Position numbers and translations under genes: made by a program
Notes under the pieces: model-generated
Told to the model about the DNA's origin: nothing
Databases searched by the model: none
The model's input: only the letters and a program-made list of their open reading frames with translations
Shown: in pieces, positions 26,915 to 39,000 of the stretch
How positions within the stretch are numbered: position 1 is the first letter of the stretch
Layout: the number at the start of each line of letters is the position of its first letter
NCBI RefSeq assembly: GCF_963676685.1
Contig: NC_092344.1
Span: 4,092,001 to 4,156,000, forward strand
From: Mytilus edulis
Taxonomy: Eukaryota
Length of the DNA: 64,000 nt
Direction of reading: 5' to 3'

Positions 26915-27130
26915 GTACTCAATTCTGAGATGGATTTCTTGGATTTCGTATTATGTGTTTGATTCGTAATTTTCATTTAGAATGAACGTGTTATGTTTAT
27001 CATTATTACATAATATGATAACAAATTGGAATAATATTATTATAACTGATTGAATTGTGTTTGAAAAGTTTTTCAAGTTTACCTGTGTATTACTATTGTT
27101 TAAATTTACCTGTATTGAACTGTGTAGTTC

Positions 27131-27177
27131 AACGGAGCCTTTAAGTATTCAACGGAGCATTTAAATGTTTAACGGAG
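27131..27177 (+). promoter_or_regulatory. Three AACGGAG motifs at exact 20-bp period, putative internal promoter/enhancer
   Basis: aacggag at 27131, 27151 and 27171. TATA-like tatatat at ~27228. The same heptamer occurs 3-4 times in each LTR. Confidence 0.5.
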
Positions 27178-27246
27178 TCGTTCCCGCTCGTGTACGTGCA
27201 ACTCGTGCACTGTTGTTATTTAGATAGTATATATTGAGTCTTCCCA

Positions 27247-27975
27247 ATGAAGTTTTATCAGTTTGAAATCAAAAGAAAGATGGCATACAAATGTGAATTC
27301 TGTCCAAAGATATATAAATATAGGAAAAATATGTTGAGACACGTTAAAGAAAAACATGCTAAAACATATGAATATTGGAACTGTCCAGAAGCAGGATGCA
27401 GCACACAGTTTATACGTAGAGAATATCTGTTTCGTCATCTCATAAATACGCACAAGATGGAGGAAAGTACAGCAAGAGTTAAGGCTATCAACTCTTCCAG
27501 AGGCGATACTCATCGGGAAAGCTACTATTCTGACGTGAGTGATGATGACACCATTCTGGACTTACTGGATGATTTTAGTAAAGTGGACGATACTGGTAAT
27601 CATTTTGATGTTGATGATTTTTTATCCACAGTAGACGAAAACAATAATATAGAAGACAAATGTGATGATGATTCTATAAATTCAGAGATGGTAGACATCC
27701 AAGATGATTCTATAAGTTTAGAGATGGTAGACAACCAGAGCGAAAGTGATGATATTATTATAATAAGTGATGTTGAAGAAAATACAAAAAACAGAATAGA
27801 ACATTTTATTGGGTCGACAAAAGAACAAACTGTAATTTTAACTTTTAAAAGAACCATTATTACTGTAAGTGGATGTGAATATGTTATGAATAGGGACTTT
27901 ATATGGGATTGTTATGAAGAGACAATTAGAGCACTTTCTTTGGTCGGGAGTGTTAGGAATCTCCAACTCCTCTGA
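27247..27975 (+). CDS. Accessory ORF of the BEL element: two C2H2 zinc fingers and an acidic region
   Basis: YKCEFCPKIYKYRKNMLRHVKEKH and WNCPEAGCSTQFIRREYLFRHLINTH, followed by a D/E-rich middle. The likely start is the second ATG (27280). The frame runs into the 3' LTR. Confidence 0.8.
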   Translation: MKFYQFEIKRKMAYKCEFCPKIYKYRKNMLRHVKEKHAKTYEYWNCPEAGCSTQFIRREYLFRHLINTHKMEESTARVKAINSSRGDTHRESYYSDVSDDDTILDLLDDFSKVDDTGNHFDVDDFLSTVDENNNIEDKCDDDSINSEMVDIQDDSISLEMVDNQSESDDIIIISDVEENTKNRIEHFIGSTKEQTVILTFKRTIITVSGCEYVMNRDFIWDCYEETIRALSLVGSVRNLQLL

Positions 27976-28252
27976 CTTTACCTGTAACTCCGTTTGAATA
28001 TAATGTAATTTAACTCCGTTAATTGTTTAATGACTCCTGTAATTGTATGTTTTCTTTGTTATTAACTCATTATAAAATCGTGCAACGGAGATAACGGAGA
28101 TATATTTTATATATAAACAAGAACATTGATAATATTAAGGAGATGTTAACAAATAATAAAATGCTGTAACATGATACAAATGGATTATTAAAGGATATAT
28201 TATTATAGTTTGTGTTTTATTCTAATGTTAGTGTAACGAATACTTCACAACA
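27951..28252 (+). repeat. 3' LTR (302 bp)
   Basis: Preceded by a short PPT-like ggtcgggag and followed by the TSD GACAC. Confidence 0.97.
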
Positions 28253-29859
28253 GACACAGATATTTCATAAATAAACCATACGCGTCCTGTCGGACCATAT
28301 GATTATTAAACTCGTTTGGTTATCAACGGTCCAGACCATATCAGTATTTAGACCATATGGGTATGTTTTCGGATGAAATTAAGCTTCCTTCACAGGATAC
28401 ACAGATCATTTTTTGAACCGACTACGGCAAAAGTAGTTAACTGAATGTCTCAATATTGTCTTCGACTAGTAGACTTAATTAAAAGAGTCTTGCTGCTGTC
28501 GACCACCCGTCCGTAGAGCCACATTTCTTCTTATATCTTCATATTTCAATTTATTGCACGTAATTTTGCTCCTGAGTATACGATCTTACTGTTATTGTAT
28601 TCTAATTTTATTGAAATTTTGATTTAATAAAAACTAATTTAAACAACAAAGTAATTGAAAAAAACAAGAGAACTGCGAGCTACGGCTCACTTATGATACC
28701 CTCGCCCAAATATTTCGGTAAACAGGAAATTGTCAAGAGATGTATCTGAAAACGCGCCACAAGGTAAGGCTGATAAATATAAACCCTGAAACCAAATTTC
28801 GAAAATTCTTGTATTGTAGTCCCTACGAAAAAGGTGACGAAAATTTCAACTTGGCTTTCATGTGTTAGATGAAACAAGTGCTCGTTAAGCAGGAAGTTGT
28901 TGAGTGGTGAATCTAAAAATGCATCACACGGTATAGCTGACTTATATAAACCCTGAAACAAAATTTCAGAAATCCGTGTCATGTAGTTCGTTAGTAAAAT
29001 GCGACGAAAACAACGATAATCTTAAGCTTATGATTGAATAAGTCAAATTTCATTTTTAGACAATCTTTAAGTTACGCCACACCTATTTGACATTCATCAT
29101 CATGCAGTAAATAATCGGACTATACGAGAAAATACACACAAAGTCATGACCATACGCGTATGGTCCAAATACTTATATGTCTGAAATGTCTACATTGTAC
29201 AAAGCTGCATAGGAACATAATATTTAAGATAATAGTTTCAGTTTTGATCCATTTTGAAACTCTAAGTACTAAATATTTTACAACCTACGTGCACTAAAAC
29301 TTAATGAATATAGCCCACACACTAATACGTTGTTTTGCAATATGGTTCTCAAAAATCTTTATATAATCTATCAAAACAGATGTCTTTAGGAATACAAAGA
29401 TTTGACATTACTTAAAGCACTAATGACAGCCGTGGGATTCTACATTCACTTCTTAAAAAATGGAATGATTTATTACGAATATTGTTACTTTTTTTTTCTC
29501 GAAGCATTCAAATTCGTATCTATTTTGAAATGCCATGGTAAACCACGTGAAAATATATGAGGAAATTCTGTATTTAGTAATTCATTTCATAAGAACAGAT
29601 TAATAACACGTCTGTATCCTATATTTAATGATGGCCTTGAGACACGAAATTCTTTGATTTCTCAACGTCAAAGTAAACAGACCTAATTTAATGTCAATAT
29701 CAACTGACTTTATTTCATTGTCAATATCAACATCATCTTATTTCGACGTAAATATTAATACAAATTTTTTGATAATTTAATGTAGTTTAAATGGGATAAA
29801 CAACCACGAAATATAACGATTTTCAATGTCTATGTAAGCCGATCGTATTACAACGCCAA

Positions 29860-32800
29860 TTTAAACAGACCTTATTACAACGTCAGTATCAATAAACCTT
29901 ATTAAAATCTCCGTATCAATGGACTTTTTTACAACATCAATATGAAACAGACCTTAATACAACGTCAGTATCAATTGACTTCATTACAACGTCAATATCA
30001 ACAGACCTTATTACAACGTCAATATCAACATACCTTATTACAAGGTCAATATCAAACATACCCGATTTGTTGGTCACTATCAACAGACATTAATACAATG
30101 TCAATATCAATAGACCTTATTACTACGTCAATATCAACAGACCTTATTACAACGTCAATATCAATTATACCCGATTTTAACGCCACTATAAAAAAAAAAG
30201 TAAAGAAAAAAAATACTGAATTCCGATGAAAATTCAAAACGAAAATTTCCTAATAAAATGGCAAAATCAAATAATAAAACACATCAAACGAATGGACAAC
30301 AACTGTCATATTCCTGAATTGGTACAGGCATTCACATGTAGAAAATGGTGGATTGGAACCTCTCCTTGTATGACAGTCACATCAAATTCCATTATATTTA
30401 CAAGATGCCTGAACAAAACAGACCTTATTACAACGTTAACATCAACAAATATAAAGTAAGAAGATGTGGTATGATTGCCAATGAGACAAACTTTATTACA
30501 CCGTCAATATCAACAGACATTATTACAACGTCAATGTCAATGGAGCTTATGATAAACGTAAATATCAACAAAACTTATTCGAACGTCAATATCAACAGAC
30601 CTTATTACAACGTCAATATCAAACAGACCTTATAACAATGTCAATATAAACAAACCTTATTACAACGTCAATATCAATGTACCTTATTACAACGTCCATA
30701 TCAATAGACCTTATTACTACGTCAATATTAATGGACTGTATTACAAAGTCAATATCAATGGACCTTATAACAACGTCAACATCAATGGACCTTATTCCAA
30801 GGTCAATATCAAACAGACCTTATTACAACGTCAATATCAAACAGATCTTATTACAACGTCAATATAAACAAACCTTATTACAACGTCAATATCAACAAAC
30901 TTTATTTCAACGTCAATATCAATAGACCTTATTACAACGTCAATATCAAACAGACCTTATTACAACGTCAATATAAACAAACCTTATTACAACGTCAATA
31001 TCAACAAACTTTATTTCAACGTCAATATCAATAGACCTTATTACAACGTCAATATCAAACAGACCTGATTACAACGTCAATATCAATGGACCTTATTACA
31101 ACGTCAATATCAACAGAACTTATTACAGCATCGATATTTATCTATACTTTTTTACAACGTCAATATCAAACAGACCTTATTACAACGTCAATATCAACAA
31201 ACCTTATTTCAAAGTCAATATCAATAGACCTTATTACAATGTCAATATTAACGGACCTGATTACAACGTCAATATCAAACAGACTTTATAACAGCGTCAA
31301 TATCAACAGAACATATTACTAGGTCAATATCAAGAGACCTTATTACAACGTCAGTATTATACAGACCTTATTACAACGTCAATATCAACAGACCTTATAA
31401 CAAGGTCAATATCAAAACGAACCTTTTAACAACGTCAAGATAAACAAACCTTATTACAACGTCAATATCATTGTACCTTATTACAACGTCAATATCAATA
31501 GACCTTATTACAACGTCAATATTAACAGACCTTATAACAACGTCAATATCAATGGACCTTATTACAACGTCAATATAAACAAACCTTATTACAACGTCAA
31601 TATCAACAGACCTTATTACAACGTCAATATCAAACAGACCTTTTAACAACGTCAAGATAAACAAACCTAATAACAACGTCAATATCATTGTACCTTATAA
31701 CAACGTCGATATCAATGGACCTTATTACAACGTCAATATTAACGAACCTTATAACAACGTCAATATCAATGGACCTTATTACAACGTCAATATCAACAGA
31801 CCTTAAAACAGCTTAAATATCAACAGACCTTATTACAACATCAATATCAACAAACATTATTACAACGTCAATATCAACAGACCTTATTACAACGTAAATA
31901 TCAACAGACCTTATTACAGCTTCAATATCAACAAACCTTATTACAGTTTCAATATCAACAAACTTTATTACAACGTCAATATCAAACAGACCTTATTACA
32001 ACGTCATTATAAACAAACCTTATTACAACGTCAATATCAAGACCAAATGACAACGTCAACATCAACAGACCTTATTACATATCAAACAGACCTTATTACA
32101 ACATCAATATCAATGAACCTTAATACAACATCAATATCAACAGACCTCATTACAACGTCAATATCAACATACCTTATTACAACGTCAATATCAATCAAAC
32201 CTTATTACAACGTCAATTTCAATGGATCTTATTCCAAGGTCAATATCAAACAGACCTTATTACAACGTCAATATCAAACAGACCTTATTACAACGTCAAT
32301 ATCAAACAGACTTTATTACAACGTCAATATAAACAAACCTAATTACAACGTCAATATCAACAAACCTTATTACAACGTCAATATCAAACAGACCTTAGTA
32401 CAACGGCAATATCAACAGACATTATTCCAAGGTCAATATCAACAGACCTTATTGCAAGGTCACTATCAAAAAGACCTTATTACAACGTCAATATCAAACA
32501 GACCTTATTACAACGTCAATATAAACAAACCTTATTACATCAATATAAACAAACCTTATTACAACGTCAATATAAACAAACCTTATTACAACGTCAATAT
32601 CAAACAGACCGTATTACAACGTCAATATAAACAAACCTTATTACAACGTCAATATAAACAAAACTTATCACAACGTCAATAAAAACTAGTGTTGTCAAAT
32701 AGTACACGTTTGCCTAACCGGTTACTCGTATAATCGTTCGACCGATTAACCGGTTAACCGGTAGTTGAAGGCCTTATCAATAATATACCCTTCAATTAGA

Positions 32801-34100
32801 TATAAGAAGATGTGGTATGAGTGTCAATGTGACTACCTTCCATCCAAGTCATACAGTTACGTTTTTATAATACGATGAATTGGAGTTTGTCCTTTGGTAT
32901 AATAAGGCTTGACTGTGAAGATTCCTATCGAAGTTTGACTTTTAATAATCAAATACACGGTATAAACTATGGCGTTTGTACAACTTCAGATTGAAAAATA
33001 AAATATACGTCTTGATCTCGTACGTAGAATTGAAAATGTCTGAAACCGATGATTCTTTGCTTTCTCTAGTTGTCTCCGAAAATAATGTGGAGTTTAATTT
33101 AAATTGATTAATCCTGATATTCGTACCATCAAGTATACATTAATTACATTCACGTTGCCTTTTTACAGTTTTTGAGTTAGCTTTTCGTTAATTGACAAAG
33201 ACTTGCACGACGGAGATTGCACATTTAAGATGTAGGTCTACACAATATTAGATCAAAAATGAAATAAGGAAGTAAATCGTAAAATTTATTCGTATTACTA
33301 ATTGAAAGTTATTGTTAAAAAAACATGTAACTAATTATGTTTTCTTAAGATCTTGCCCCGAGCTAAGAGATAAGTTCTAATTAATTCTATATTTTTGGAT
33401 TAACAATAGCAATCAATATTCTGGACAATTGATCGGTCAAATTAATTTCCACGGCGACAATTTTTAGAGAAAACATAACTATTTAATGTTTCAATACAAA
33501 TTTATATCAAATTTATTAAAATTGAAAAAAAGTTCGGTTAACCGGTTAGCGTTTTTAGTATTCGGTATTCGGTCGTTCGAACGGTTAACCGGTTAACCGG
33601 TTAATCGTTGACAACACTAATAAAAACAAACCTTATTACAACATCAATATCAACAAACCTTATTACAACGTCAATATAAACAAACCTTATTACAACGTCA
33701 ATAAAAACAAACCTTATTACAACGTCAATAAAAACAAACCTTATTACAACGTCAATATAAACAAACCTTATTACAACGTCAATATCAACATACCTTATTA
33801 CAACGTCAATATCAATCAAACCTTATTACAACGTCAATAAAAACAAACCTTATTACAACATCAATAACAACAGACATTATCACAACGTCAATATCAACAA
33901 ACCTTATGACAACGTCAATATCAAACAGATCTTAGTACAACGGCAATATCAACAAACATTATAACAACGTAAATATCAAACAGACCTTATTACAACGTCA
34001 ATATCAATAATCGTAATCCAAGGTCGATATCAACATCTTTTTACAACGTGTATATCAACAGACATTATTATAACGTCAATGTCAACAAACCTTATTAGAA
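29860..34100. repeat. Minisatellite array, 27-28-bp unit (acagaccttattacaacgtcaatatca)
   Basis: Roughly 100 degenerate tandem copies, interrupted at ~30175-30490 and 32687-33619. Confidence 0.97.
32687..33619. mobile_element. Non-autonomous hAT element inside the minisatellite
   Basis: TIR tagtgttgtcaa/ttgacaacacta, 8-bp TSD ATAAAAAC, subterminal AACCG/CGGTT arrays. Confidence 0.92.
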
Positions 34101-34302
34101 CGTCAAGAACGAGAGTACGGAGTGAAATCGCCGGAATAGAACAGCAAACTTGTTTGAGCAATGCATACTTACACCTTATTTCAAGAAAAGTAGACAAAAT
34201 TAAAATCACAAAAACTCGGAGGAAAGTCAAACACATCAAACGAATGGAAAACAACTGTCATATTCCTGACTTGGTACAGGCATTTTTAAATGTAGAAAAT
34301 GA

Positions 34303-34718
34303 CGCCTGGCGTATATATCAAATTTGAATCCATGTATCTATGATGAGTTTATTTGCAACCACTGGGTCGATGCCACTGCTGGTGGAGATTTATTTCCCCG
34401 AGGATATCACCAGCCCAGTAGTCAGCACTTCTGTGTTGACTTGAGTTATCATTGATATGTTCATAATTATAAATTAACTGTTAACAAAACTCCCAATCTT
34501 TGCAATACTAAGGCTTTTCTACCTCAGGATTAGATTACATCAGCTGTATTTGGCAAAACTTTTATGAATTTTCGGTCCTCAATGCTATTCAACTTCGTAT
34601 TTTATTTGGCCTTTTAAACATTTTTGATTCGAGCGTCACTGGTGAGTCTTTTGAAGACGAAACGGGCGTCTGGCGTATATATAAAATTTGAATCCATGTA
34701 TCTATGATGAGTTTATTT
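34303..34718 (+). mobile_element. Non-LTR retrozyme-like unit (364-bp monomer plus 52-bp terminal redundancy)
   Basis: Direct repeats at 34303-34354 and 34667-34718 start at the hammerhead cleavage site. Non-coding. Confidence 0.8.
34634..34675 (+). ncRNA. Type I hammerhead ribozyme (minimal; core variant CUGGUGA)
   Basis: cgtca-CTGGTGA-gtctt(ttg)aagac-GAAA-cgggc-GTC-tggcg; stems I and II pair. Confidence 0.8.
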
Positions 34719-34774
34719 ACAAGAGATAACGACAAATAAAACATAATATAATGACTGTTGATCAGATTGATGTA

Positions 34775-34965
34775 CTGTAAACTAACTTATTTTCGCGGAC
34801 ACTTTATTTCGCGTTCTACCCTTTCTTGGCCACTTCGCGGCTATTTTATTTCGCGCTTTTCTTATTTACTTGAAGGAAAGATCTAAGACGATTTATATTC
34901 GCGTTATTTTTCTACTCGCGAAAGTCGCGAAAATAAATAGCTCGCGAAAATAAGTTGGTTTACAG
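34775..34965. mobile_element. MITE with TA flanks
   Basis: TIR ctgtaaactaacttattttcgcg / cgcgaaaataagttggtttacag with internal ttcgcg repeats. Confidence 0.8.
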
Positions 34966-35178
34966 TATTTTATTTTCCTAGCAAGCAATTCACACAATTT
35001 GATTTCTATTTGTTTCCAAAGCGAAAGAAGAACGCTATATTAGAATTACAGATAAAGGCAATTTGAAACAGAGTTATGCATAAATAATTCTAGTTATAAT
35101 TCAAGACATTCTTAGGAAAATTCATAATGTTTTATACTACATTAAAGGAGGGCATCTTAAAGTTAGACCCGCGTAATC

Positions 35179-35285
35179 AATTTAGAATTATCTTTATATT
35201 GTTCCACTCGATTTAGAACTATCTTTAAATTGTTTCATTCGATTTAGAATTATCTTTATATGTTTCACTCGATTTAAAATTATAG
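35179..35285. repeat. Tandem repeat, about 3.5 x 30 bp
   Basis: atttagaattatctttata.tgtttcactcg units. Confidence 0.8.
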
Positions 35286-36037
35286 CTGTCGGTCCTCTGA
35301 CAGCGACGCTTTATCATAGTTTGACAACTGATCAAGACATTAATACTAGACTATACTCATTTCTATAAGATGGGCCAATGGATTTTTTCTTGATTCTAAG
35401 TGGTATGTAACATTAACATCTCATTTCTGTTTCTTCCTTGCTATGGTTTCTATGTACTGACCATTTCTCTTTTGTGTGGAGGGCGCATTGTTTGTTTCAA
35501 ATCAATTCTTTAATTGAAAAAAAATGTTTCAGAGCGAAAGATAAAAAATATAGTTCTTTTTATTAAAAATTAGAGAAAACCTAAATGCAGTATTGCGTTT
35601 TCTAGAAAAATTTTTACACAAATATAAGAGATATGGTATGATTGCCAAAGATATAGATATCCACTATGATGCAAATTAAGTGGATAAAAGCAAGTATAAG
35701 CAACTGTTCGGCCTTCAACACTGAGAAAACCACATACCGTACAGTATTAATCAACATCATTTACGGCCAAATAGATTGTTTCATTTATTGTATTAAAATG
35801 CCTTTATCATTAACATGTATTGGCGAATAGCATTTCTGCAAGTGTGTATGACTATCAAAACACCTTCATCGGCAATATGTAGAGTCGATTAACATTAAAG
35901 TTTTATGGGAAAGGGGGAACGTCACTAGGAATATATACTTACAGCATAAATAAAATATAGCCCGTTAACGTCAAGGCCTGAACAGTCAGTGGAAAGCTGT
36001 CGACTGTGGGATTATTCACTAAGTACCTCTCCACTGA

Positions 36038-39000
36038 TTGTATACATCCAATAATATGGGGGACAATCAGCAAGTAAGCAGAGTTGGGAGAAGCTTACCA
36101 AACAAGAGACAGAACACCAAAGACTATATCATTAACATCCAGAGAGCACTAATGAGTAAGCTCGAGGCAACTAAAAGAGAGGCCCACCTTGAATTTAAAA
36201 CCACAGGAGGTGGACTGGTCAAAAATGTCGATGCTGCTACTTTCGAGCTCATAAGACAAGCAACCGCAATCTACTACAGCAGAATGACAGAAGAAAATAT
36301 CCTAATCCAAGAAGAGAAAGATAAACTAAACAACATAATTGTACAACACAGCTATACGTACAGCAACAATGATTATTGTTATACTGTTAACTTCTACAAT
36401 ACCAAGAGCAAGATATTGATAAGAGGGAAATAACAAAAAACATTTTGTTGATGTGGACCTTATAGAAATAAGACAGATGGCACAAAATGCTAAATGTGGC
36501 AATTCCAAGGTCAACTTAGCCCACCAGAACAATTTCATGAGAGAACGACTGGAACAGTCACTTGGATCCAAAACCAAACCAGTCACATGCGATAGAAACG
36601 TAAACCCTGGCATTGAATGCATAAAATGCAAAAAGAATTGTAGAACACGTAGCGCTTATTGTACAACAGGAAAGCACTGGGTCTATTACAAATGCCAAAA
36701 GATGACATCCCAGGAAATAGTGGAGATAGAATTAGAGGAGGAGAAAGATGACAACTATACATGCAAGTTATGCAATGAAAATAGAGCTATTGAGGGAGAA
36801 GAAAATAACACTCAAACCGTCCAAACATCAAGACCAACTAACGGTCATTATGAGCAGCTCGCTCTACCAACCTGTAGTAACAAATCTTGAAGTATACTGG
36901 CAGTCGCAGGTGCTGTAAGAGAGGAAGAGGTATATGAAGCCGAAACATGTGGAATTTGTGAAAATACAATACAAGATACTGCTGACTCCTGTGAGATTTG
37001 CCAAAACATAGCCCATTCATCCTGTTTAGTATGTAACGATGGTCAAACAAGCTGCTTCCCATGTATAGATCAGCATAGCCCAGGTTAACAGCAATATATG
37101 TGAACATCAAACCTATGTCAAACTGGTAGAAATACATAAATAACAGCAGACGAATATAACTGGAAAGCCACAATCCGAACCAGCAAATCAGCAGAGGCTA
37201 ACCCAAAGACAAGATCGTGTCCATCAGATGTACACATAGATGCTCCTGCTACGAAAGCCCCAAAAAGAAAACAATACCAAACAGATACATAAACGAAAGA
37301 CATGAGACAAAGCGCTCAAACTGAGAAAAGCTGAAGAGCAACCCAAAATCAGGATAAAAAAAACTCTAAAAGAAGATCAGGCAAAAGCGATACAGCTTGA
37401 AACAAGAGTTCAATACTTAGAACTCGCAGCTTCGAATTTGAATCGTTGGTAACAAACATGAGACGGCGCCTGGGGGAATTGCAAGGAAATGGTAGCACAA
37501 CTGACCATAAGCAGCAACCTAGAGAAGAACAGCCCGGTCTCTTTAAACAAATGCAGAAGAAGCTGAATAACAGAATGATGACTATACATGAAAAACTAGA
37601 ATCAATGGTGATAGACCAGTTAGAAAAGCAAATTGACGACATAGCAACGGGCCTATGGAGCACTGATAACATCACTACAAATGCAAAACAGTATGAGAAA
37701 GCATGCGAAGGTGATCCCAGTAATTACCACCATCACAACAACAATCATGAGAATCCTAAAGACGAGACAGCATCCAACTCATACGCAATGAACCTCGAAA
37801 TGAAAGACCACATCATGGATGCAAACATACATCTCCAAGTACGGCATATGCAACAATCCAAAACCAAAAATGGCAACAATATTAAAAAATCCAACATTTA
37901 CCAACCAACATATCCAATCACAACCTGGATATCTTATGTTAACCGGAATGCCATTAATATGTAACAACGTACAGCAAAGTGCTCCACTAGCGAGCACCAT
38001 CCCACTTAGAGTCTCACACCAGACAATAGAAGACAAATTGCCACCCTACAACCCAGAGCAACACACACCTGATAGAAGACACGTAACAGTTAAAGATCGA
38101 AGGTACGCTGGACACCACGTCCACAAACACAACAACACTCCAAACAACAACTAGGGTATTCATGATAGCCTCAATAGACCCAGACAGACTACAACGAGCT
38201 CTAATCAATAGCCCCTCAACAAAACCAGAACCCACAACCAGCATTTGTTATGCCAACCAAGCCAGCAAAAATCAGAAGTTAGCAAAAACAGCAGGAAAAA
38301 AAGACGTACCATTTCTGAAAAGCATATCAGTCAACTGTATTATAAAACTCAAAATCAAACACATATACGCCTTGCACGACCTAATCGAAAATAACGACAT
38401 ACTTTTGCTTAGGGCACACTGGCTGTTTCATGCACAATTACATCATCTACAAAAAAATCGGCAAATGTACCAACTATGCTGCAAAAGGTTGTGATGAATA
38501 TGACCCAATACAACCAATATTTCTACCAAAAGGACGTGGAGGGGTTGCTTTTATATGGAAAAACGAAGTAGACAGTAAAGTCAGACCATTGGACGACGGT
38601 AAAGAGAGGATCAAATGTGTGGAAATATCAGGAAAGGATAAATAATAACTACTCTTACTATCGGTCCAACGATTTACAGAAAAGAGCGACGATTTACAGA
38701 AAAGAACCGAAAAGGACCAAAAAGAACCGAAAAGGACCGAAACGAACCGAAAAGAGGATTTGTATTTATTAAATAAAGTTAAAACCATGCATATATACAC
38801 GGATTTTTTTTATATTGTTAACAATTCTTCGTAATAATAATTCAATATTTAGATTGTGCATTTATAGGGATATGTGAATTTAATAAAAAAGAAACAATAT
38901 AACTTGGTTTTTTTTAGTAATATTTTTTTAATATATGTATGCTATAATAATTATCATTTATTTTTCATCAAGGATTTTAATCTTATCATTTAAATATTTG

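Larger units (their letters stand above)
13788..28252 (+). mobile_element. BEL/Pao LTR retrotransposon, defective, with nested insertions
   Basis: Paired TG..CA LTRs and 5-bp TSD GACAC (13783-87, 28253-57). PBS present. Gag has KLPKLDLP..F.GD...W..FW..F and three Cys/His knuckles, followed by protease, Pao RNase H and integrase. Confidence 0.97.

Noticed and set aside
27247-27975. env gene, or an independent host zinc-finger gene
   Set aside because: No signal peptide or TM segment. It lies between integrase and the 3' LTR and overlaps the LTR, so it is part of the element.
29860-34100. CRISPR-like array, or repeat proteins such as (TDLITTSIS)n and (IDVVIRSVD)n
   Set aside because: Units are directly adjacent with no unique spacers and no cas genes. 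The ORFs arise because the 27-bp unit is a multiple of 3, and 28-bp variants keep shifting the frame.
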